From contig JAZDOG010000065.1 in the NCBI GenBank assembly GCA_043798915.1, positions 1 to 23,312 of the forward strand: a stretch of DNA of 23,312 nt, in the 5' to 3' direction. The DNA comes from Pseudomonadota bacterium. GTDB lineage: Bacteria; UBA10199; 2-02-FULL-44-16; JAAZCA01. The notes below the pieces were generated by a model. The model made no database searches. It was not told the origin of the DNA and was given only the letters and a program-made list of their open reading frames with translations. The position numbers and the translations under genes are program-made. Of the stretch, positions 18,608 to 23,312 are shown piece after piece. How positions within the stretch are numbered: position 1 is the stretch's first letter; every line of letters begins with the position of its first letter.

Positions 18608-19108
18608 ATGATCAAAGGTTACTGCGCCAAGGTGGGGCTCGAGGGCATCGGGACGGTCTGGATAGCGGGGGCAAACCGCGGCATATGCCGCGTGGAGTTT
18701 GGCGAGGACAGGCGGCGATTCCTTGCGGGGCTGCCGAAGGATGTCGAATGGGTGGAGGATCGCGCGCGGTTTCGCGGCATAGTGGCGAAGCTCAAAAAGT
18801 TTGCTGCTGGGAAGAGGGCCAATTTAGGAAAGAACCTGGATATTTTGAGCGGCACTCCATTCCAGCGATGCGCATGGAAAAAGATCGCGACGATCCCGTG
18901 GGGCGAGACCAGGAGCTATGCGTGGCTCGCGCGCGCGATTGGCAAACCATCCGCCTTTCGCGCCGTGGCAAACGCCTGCGGAAAAAACCCGGTGCCGATA
19001 ATCATCCCCTGCCACCGCGTCATCTCATCGGACGGGACGATAGGCGGATTTTCATCCGGGATCAAACTGAAAAGGATATTCCTAAAACTGGAAGGTGTTC
19101 GCTTTTAA
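18608..19108 (+). CDS. ogt: Methylated-DNA--protein-cysteine methyltransferase
   Basis: GTPFQ, IPWGETRSY, RAVANACGKNP.PIIIPCHRVI active-site motif. Confidence 0.93.
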   Translation: MIKGYCAKVGLEGIGTVWIAGANRGICRVEFGEDRRRFLAGLPKDVEWVEDRARFRGIVAKLKKFAAGKRANLGKNLDILSGTPFQRCAWKKIATIPWGETRSYAWLARAIGKPSAFRAVANACGKNPVPIIIPCHRVISSDGTIGGFSSGIKLKRIFLKLEGVRF

Positions 19109-19116
19109 AAAAGGAA

Positions 19117-19137
19117 CGGGGACGTTTCTCGTCCCCG
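19117..19137. terminator. Hairpin between convergent ogt and HEPN genes
   Basis: cggggacg-tttct-cgtccccg preceded by an A-tract, which is a T-tract on the minus strand. Confidence 0.5.
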
Positions 19138-19140
19138 AGA

Positions 19141-19557
19141 TCACTTCTCTCCCAAGGCCGTGTGACATATCGAGTGGACCCATCTCGCATCATCCAGCGC
19201 TTTTTTTGCATCCTCCACCTGATAGAAGTCTGAAGGGGTGAGATCCTCCGAGCCATAAAACGCAAGCTCGCGGTCGCGCCGCATTTCTTTGGATATCCTG
19301 GCGAGGGCATCGACGTGCGGCTTCACGGCCGCTGGCAGGCGGCCCTTTGCGTCGACAAGAAGCGCTCCGACGTCATGAATGCGCGGCACCTCTACGCGCG
19401 CGATGCGCAACAGCCCCTTGAGACAGAGTTCGACGAGTTCCTGGCTCTCACGCACGACATCGGCATAACCCTTTCTTTCGAACAACAATTCGACAGCGGC
19501 AAGCCGATGCCCCGACCTCTCGATATAATCACGAGCGAGATCCCTGTTCTTCATCAT
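19141..19557 (-). CDS. HEPN domain protein (putative toxin)
   Basis: VVRESQELVELCLKGLL...VPRIHDV...RELAFYG pattern; overlaps the upstream nucleotidyltransferase. Confidence 0.88.
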   Translation of the reverse strand: MMKNRDLARDYIERSGHRLAAVELLFERKGYADVVRESQELVELCLKGLLRIARVEVPRIHDVGALLVDAKGRLPAAVKPHVDALARISKEMRRDRELAFYGSEDLTPSDFYQVEDAKKALDDARWVHSICHTALGEK

Positions 19558-20125
19558 CCCTCCTCACCCAGTAGGGCTGGCCGCCCTTCCAATAGCGGCG
19601 AACCGCATCGCCTTCTATGAGTTTCTTGACCTGTCCGATAAAGGATGAAAGGGCGCGGCCGCGCTCCCAGATTATCTGTGACGCAAGGGCAACCTCGAAC
19701 CAGATGCTTCCAGCATGAGCGGCATCCTTCGGGAGATTTACAAACTGCGGGCTCGCCTCTGCGCGCCCCTGCCATTTGATCGCGCCATCCCACCACGAAT
19801 AAAGGGAGCGCCTGATCGGAACGCCGGCGTCGAGGACTATCAGGACGTCGAGATCCGACTCATCCGTCGACGTCCCCGCAATCTGCGAGCCGAAGACGGC
19901 CACGCCGGCGAGCCGCGGACCGAAATGTTTTTTCAGCAGCGCTGCGAGCTTCTCGCAATCGCCAAGCCACCACGCTTCATCCATCTTTCCGTGCAGGCCC
20001 GAACTGATAAAACCGGAGCAAATGGTATTTATGGAAACGCCGGCCTGCAAGGCGCGCCTCGCGAGGCCAGAGTGCAAGGCCGGATCGATGCGGAGCAGCA
20101 GCTTTCCAGAGTAATCCGTTTTCAT
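19529..20125 (-). CDS. Minimal nucleotidyltransferase (MNT) fused to an N-terminal HicB-like ribbon-helix-helix domain
   Basis: N-terminal YSGKLLLRIDPALH..LA..A...GVSIN; MNT motif VFGSQIAG....SDLDVLIV. Confidence 0.85.
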   Translation of the reverse strand: MKTDYSGKLLLRIDPALHSGLARRALQAGVSINTICSGFISSGLHGKMDEAWWLGDCEKLAALLKKHFGPRLAGVAVFGSQIAGTSTDESDLDVLIVLDAGVPIRRSLYSWWDGAIKWQGRAEASPQFVNLPKDAAHAGSIWFEVALASQIIWERGRALSSFIGQVKKLIEGDAVRRYWKGGQPYWVRRDDEEQGSRS

Positions 20126-20160
20126 GATATCATGATATCACGGCTATGATAACAACTCAA
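20122..20160 (-). promoter_or_regulatory. Putative leaderless promoter with TGATATCA operator repeats
   Basis: Minus strand TTGAGT-17bp-(TG-n)TATCAT, then 6 nt to ATG. Perfect palindrome tgatatcatgatatca (20125-20140) covers the -10 and the start. Confidence 0.55.
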
Positions 20161-20173
20161 CTGTAAAAACAAT

Positions 20174-21016
20174 TCACATCCCCATCGATGGCGTCCAATG
20201 TCTGGACTTTCCCTTCGCCGCGTCGATCTTCGCCAGGACTTGAAAGGCCGCGAGCCCGGTCTCGATGCAGCGCTTGTCGGCCAGCTCCCGGAGCTCGCTG
20301 TCGATGAAGGTGTTCTTGTGCCGGTTGGCATAGATGGAGCAGACAGCGCCCGACCTGGCGCCTGAAAATTGGGCCAGCGTAAAGAGGCACGAAGCCTCCA
20401 TCTCCAGGTTGCAGACATTCATCGCATCGAGTTTTGCCGGCACGTCCGGATCGCGCGGCGGAAACCCCGGGACCTTGCGCGACTGCGCGCCGTAGAAACC
20501 GGGCGCCGTCGCCGTGAGCCCCGCATGGTGCGGGAAATTCTTTTTTCGCGCGGCCTCGATGAGCGCGATGACCACCTCGTGATGCGCCACCGCCGGATAT
20601 CCCTCGCAGACGTAGGCGGTCGATGTGTTCTCGAGGCGCACAGCGCCGGTCGATATCACCAGCTCGCCAAGTTTTATCCCCTGTTTCAGCGCGCCGGAGG
20701 AGCCTATCCTTATGTATGTGGGGTCCTTCACGATCTGCGTGAGCTCGACGATCGCCATCTCGGTGTTGTCGGGCCCCATGCCGGTCGCTATGACCGTCAT
20801 CGGCAGCCCCTTGTGCTTGCCAGTGATCGTCACATATTCGCGGCTCGTGATCGGCGGCCTCTTCTCGTCAAAGTATTCCGCGACGAGATATGCGCGGCCG
20901 GGATCGCCGCAGAGGAGGATGTTTTTCGCGACATCCCCCGGCTTCAAGCCTGTGTGATATTGCCGGCCCTCGGCTGTGGCCACGATCTCCGCAGACTTGA
21001 AGCTTTTCTTTGCCAT
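20174..21016 (-). CDS. Uridine/nucleoside phosphorylase (PNP_UDP_1 family)
   Basis: LLCGDPGRA, REY, TGMG, IRIGSSGAL, FYGAQSR, NLEMEAS motifs. Confidence 0.92.
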   Translation of the reverse strand: MAKKSFKSAEIVATAEGRQYHTGLKPGDVAKNILLCGDPGRAYLVAEYFDEKRPPITSREYVTITGKHKGLPMTVIATGMGPDNTEMAIVELTQIVKDPTYIRIGSSGALKQGIKLGELVISTGAVRLENTSTAYVCEGYPAVAHHEVVIALIEAARKKNFPHHAGLTATAPGFYGAQSRKVPGFPPRDPDVPAKLDAMNVCNLEMEASCLFTLAQFSGARSGAVCSIYANRHKNTFIDSELRELADKRCIETGLAAFQVLAKIDAAKGKSRHWTPSMGM

Positions 21017-21074
21017 ATATCCCTCCGGTTGCGCGCTATTTAAACGCCGATGCCGGCAAACTCAAGGTGTATTT

Positions 21075-21210
21075 GTAACTATTCAGGTGCCTGTGCCTCT
21101 TTTCCCTCTCCCTTGAGGGGAGAGGGTCGGGGTGAGGGTGGCAATGGCAACCGGGTGAAAAAATCGCAGGGTCACCCTCCCTCCGACTCCCTCCCATCAA
21201 GGGAGGGAGG
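21075..21210 (-). mobile_element. ~135-bp non-coding palindromic element, second full copy
   Basis: Reverse complement of 8541-8676, including the internal spacer (ccctgcgat..ttttcacc.gg). Starts with gtaactattcaggtgc. Confidence 0.8.
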
Positions 21211-21295
21211 GTTTTGGAGAAAATTCAAGTGTCGGATTATGGGGGTTAAAAGAAACATCTTGCCCGCTGCCCGATGTGGCATTATAACCCGGCTT

Positions 21296-21721
21296 ATGAC
21301 GCTTGATCTCACAAGCCTTGAAAAGGCGGCGGGATCGCTGGATGCGGCTGTGGCAGTCGCGAGCGACGGGTCGTTCATGTCGCGGCTCACCGCAGAGCAG
21401 ACCGACACGGTGCGGGCCGGCGTCATCCAGAACTTTGAATTCACCTATGAGCTCTGCTGGAAGTTCATACAGCGCTGGCTCAAGGAACACCAGCACCTGG
21501 AGGATGCCGCGCTTCCCCGCACTCGGAAGGACCTTTTCCGGCTGGCCGCAAAGCATGGCCTCATCGACAGCCCTGAACGCTGGTTCGACTACGGCGACGC
21601 GAGAAACATCACCGCCCACACCTACGATCACCAGAAGGCGCAGATAGTCTACGATGCCGCCATCAAATTCGCGAAGGACGCGCGGGCGCTTCTCAAACGC
21701 CTCGGGGCCTTGAACGAATGA
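21296..21721 (+). CDS. HEPN-type nucleotidyltransferase substrate-binding protein (HI0074 family)
   Basis: RAGVIQNFEFTYELCWK and RNITAHTYD (Rx4H). Start set at ATG 21296. Confidence 0.92.
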   Translation: MTLDLTSLEKAAGSLDAAVAVASDGSFMSRLTAEQTDTVRAGVIQNFEFTYELCWKFIQRWLKEHQHLEDAALPRTRKDLFRLAAKHGLIDSPERWFDYGDARNITAHTYDHQKAQIVYDAAIKFAKDARALLKRLGALNE

Positions 21722-22023
21722 TCGATCTCACTCCCGACGAGCTCGCTGAAGTAAAGCGCATCCTCGCCGAACATGCGCAGGGCATGGAAGTCTGGGCCTT
21801 CGGCTCGCGAGTGGACGGGAGTTCAAGAAAGAACTCGGATCTGGACCTTGCGATCGTGACGCCCGCCAAAGTGGACTGGCGCCTCATTGAACGCATCAAG
21901 GACGCATTCTCCTCATCAAACCTGCCATTCATGGTGGATGTCGTGGAACTCGCCTCGCTGCCTGAGGGCGTTGCCGCTACAGCAAGAAAAAGGCATGAGG
22001 TGATTCAGGAAGCTGGATCATAA
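21718..22023 (+). CDS. Minimal nucleotidyltransferase (MNT) antitoxin
   Basis: VWAFGSRVDG.....SDLDLAI...SNLPFMVDVV; ATGA overlap with the HEPN gene. Confidence 0.92.
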   Translation: MIDLTPDELAEVKRILAEHAQGMEVWAFGSRVDGSSRKNSDLDLAIVTPAKVDWRLIERIKDAFSSSNLPFMVDVVELASLPEGVAATARKRHEVIQEAGS

Positions 22024-22079
22024 AAAACCCCACCCCTCCCGCTCATCCGCCAAAAGCGGATTACGAGGGCTGGGTGGGG
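22022..22079 (-). terminator. Intrinsic terminator-like hairpin closing the DGR TR transcript
   Basis: Minus strand ccccaccc..ccc..tc..atccgc-tttt-g-gcggat-gagcgggaggggtgggg followed by TTTTTT. Confidence 0.6.
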
Positions 22080-22210
22080 CCATGCGATCTTCGGTTCGCC
22101 GCATTTCCAGCGACAAATCAGGGCGATCGATCTGGACTCCTCCGGGCGCTCTCCCGGATTCCGTGAAATCCGGGACTCCGGCCCAAAGCTCTTGACTCCG
22201 CAAAGGAGTG
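22080..22210 (-). ncRNA. Structured spacer 3' of the DGR template repeat (putative cis-priming RNA region)
   Basis: Non-coding and directly 3' of TR. Contains the perfect 9-bp stem tcccggatt-(6 nt)-aatccggga at 22152-22175. Position is equivalent to the DGR Sp region. Confidence 0.55.
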
Positions 22211-22344
22211 CTGGGGCGGGACAACACAACGAAACCCGATATTGTTGTTGCGGTTATCGGGATTGTCGTTGTTGCGATTCGCGGCCCGCAGGTTGTGCGA
22301 GGCGTTGTTATCGTTGTTGTTCCAGGAACCGCCGCGAACTACCC
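22211..22344 (-). repeat. DGR template repeat (TR)
   Basis: Minus strand reads [45 protein letters not shown] with AAC/AAT codons. Ungapped match to 23042-23175. Confidence 0.95.
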
Positions 22345-22360
22345 CTGTGATCGATTGCCC

Positions 22361-22435
22361 TCACTGCTTTTCAAAGATCGTTTCCGCCAGCAGGTTGTTT
22401 CTCAACCGCGCTGTGTCCGCGTGCTCCGCATGGGC
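22361..22435 (-). pseudogene. C-terminal remnant of a DGR reverse transcriptase
   Basis: Translates AHAEHADTARLRNNLLAETIFEKQ*, resembling the W.(G/A)H..HA.T..LR tail of DGR RTs. Cut off by the repeat at 22438 and ends 16 bp before TR. Confidence 0.7.
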
Positions 22436-22815
22436 TGCCTCTTTTCTCCCTCCCTTGAGGGGAGGGAGTCAGAGGGAGGGTGATCCCCGCATTCATCAAG
22501 AATTATCTTTAAAACTCCTGCGGTGTTCTGCAAAACATCCGTATTCCAAAACCGCAGGACTTTATATCCCTCCTCTGTGAGCCATTCATCCCTGTCTGTA
22601 TCTTTCAGGGTTTGATCGGCATGCTGGCCGCCGTCGCATTCAATGACGACACGTTTTTCAAGACAGGCAAAGTCTACGATATATTTTCCTATCGGAACCT
22701 GTCTGCGGAACTTGAATCCTGCCAACTGCCGCAGTTTAAGGTGCCGCCACAGAAACTTTTCGGTATCGGTCGCGTTGTTTCGCAAATCCTTTGCGTTGGA
22801 GACGAGTGTTTTCAA
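22402..22815 (-). CDS. DUF559 / Vsr-like (PD-(D/E)xK) endonuclease domain protein
   Basis: AKDLRNNATDTEKFLWRHLK.RQLAGFKFRRQVPIGKYIVDFAC...VIECDGGQH...D..RDEWL...GYKVLRFWN. The last ~26 codons read through the flanking repeat and the RT remnant. Confidence 0.92.
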   Translation of the reverse strand: MKTLVSNAKDLRNNATDTEKFLWRHLKLRQLAGFKFRRQVPIGKYIVDFACLEKRVVIECDGGQHADQTLKDTDRDEWLTEEGYKVLRFWNTDVLQNTAGVLKIILDECGDHPPSDSLPSREGEKRQPMRSTRTQRG

Positions 22816-22865
22816 AGGTCACCCCCACCCTGACCCTCCCCCCTCAAAGGGGGAGGGAAAAGAGG
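22438..22865 (-). mobile_element. DUF559 cassette bounded by palindromic repeat arms
   Basis: Left end cctcttttctccctcccttgaggggagggagtcagagggagggtga; right end tcacccccaccctgaccctccccc..aaagggggagggaaaagagg. Terminal inverted repeat cctcttttc/gaaaagagg. Same arms as 8541-8676 and 21075-21210. Confidence 0.75.
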
Positions 22866-22959
22866 TGTATCTCTCAGAACGCGGAAATTTTGCGACCTGC
22901 GGGATGAGGTACAGGAGGAAGTCATACGTCTTCGTTACGATTTGAATCTCTGTGGCCAT
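22864..22959 (-). pseudogene. avd: N-terminal fragment of DGR accessory variability determinant (Avd-like four-helix bundle)
   Basis: MATEIQIVTKTYDFLLYLIPQVAKFPRSERYT matches the K.YD...W/Y......KFP+..+Y/F.L start of Avd-like proteins. It runs into the repeat and stops at 22819. Confidence 0.8.
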
Positions 22960-22964
22960 AGCGC

Positions 22965-22994
22965 GGACGAGCGCTCAAACCCGAGCGCTCATCC
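22965..22994. promoter_or_regulatory. Hairpin downstream of VR (putative DGR target-recognition stem-loop)
   Basis: ggacgagcgctc-aaaccc-gagcgctcatcc, a 12-bp stem with one mismatch, 32 bp past the VR stop codon. Confidence 0.6.
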
Positions 22995-23026
22995 GAGTGT
23001 AAGAAACCACAGGGTAAAAGGCTACA

Positions 23027-23175
23027 CTATTTTTTTGAGTCCTGGGGCGGGACAACACAACGGAACCCGACATTGACGAAGCGACCATCGGGATCGACGT
23101 CGTCGCGATACGCGGCCCGCAGACGGCGCGAGGCACCGTTGACGTAGCTGTACCAGGAACCGCCGCGAACCACCC
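23027..23175 (-). repeat. DGR variable repeat (VR), C-terminus of a CLec/FGE-sulfatase-type target, lacking its upstream gene
   Basis: Reads [49 protein letters not shown]. 27 mismatches to TR, 22 at TR adenines. In-frame TGA at 23192-23194 just upstream. Confidence 0.92.
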
Positions 23176-23191
23176 CTGTGATCGATTGCCC

Positions 23192-23232
23192 TCACTGCTT
23201 TTCAAAACCACATCAGCAAACAAATTTTTCCG
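23192..23232 (-). pseudogene. Possible second DGR RT C-terminal remnant (1-nt frameshift)
   Basis: RKNLFADVV|FEKQ* aligns to RNNLLAETIFEKQ* of the first remnant but is 41 instead of 42 nt. Confidence 0.45.
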
Positions 23233-23236
23233 GTAT

Positions 23237-23312
23237 GGACACCTCTAAAAACTCCTGTTTGTCATTGCGAGCGACCAACGGGAGCGCGGCAATCCCTTGG
23301 AACCAGAGAGAT
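23237..23312. repeat. GTCATTGCGAG..GCAATC-type palindromic repeat, truncated by the window end
   Basis: ggacacctctaaaaactc..gtcattgcgagcgaccaacgggagcgcggcaatccc; the inverted second arm appears to begin at the last bases (gagat). Confidence 0.6.

Noticed and set aside
21050..21295. N-terminal extension of the HI0074-like ORF
   Set aside because: It is translated palindromic repeat (FPSPLRGEGRGEG). The family-like sequence starts at ATG 21296.
22208..22580. Plus-strand ORFs 22208-22483 and 22242-22580 with hydrophobic Val/Leu runs
   Set aside because: These are antisense readings of the AAC-rich TR (GTT/TTG codons) and of repeat sequence, not membrane proteins.
22361..22959. Intact, autonomous DGR or group II intron/retron in this window
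   Set aside because: No RT catalytic core (YxDD) ORF is present; only a 25-codon tail and a 32-codon avd start remain.
22975..23223. 82-aa minus-strand ORF across the VR as the DGR target
   Set aside because: It is in a different frame from the RGGSW...GFR VR peptide and has no recognisable domain.

Overview
GC-rich bacterial chromosomal window, with gene content consistent with a deltaproteobacterial-type host (inference only). The core is housekeeping-like: folE, GMC oxidoreductase, dsbD, a diadenylate cyclase, lipB, a metallophosphoesterase, a CDP-alcohol phosphatidyltransferase, hflX, an FG-GAP/integrin-like lipoprotein, comEC, ogt and a nucleoside phosphorylase. Both ends are accessory. 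Left end: an AT-richer islet carrying a gene with five exact 39-aa C4 zinc-finger repeats plus two HNH-like domains, bracketed by perfect 22-bp inverted repeats, next to a RelE/HTH toxin-antitoxin pair. Right end: two HEPN/nucleotidyltransferase modules and a disrupted diversity-generating retroelement (DGR) whose parts do not appear in the ORF track. The DGR retains an AAC-rich template repeat (TR) with its structured 3' spacer and terminator, and a variable repeat (VR) differing mostly at TR adenines (22 of 27 mismatches). It also retains the first 32 codons of avd and the last 25 codons of a reverse transcriptase. A DUF559 nuclease cassette bounded by palindromic repeats sits where the rest of avd and RT should be, and empty copies of the same repeat element occur elsewhere in the window. 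The VR has no target ORF and appears to be a TR/VR chimera behind a second RT tail.
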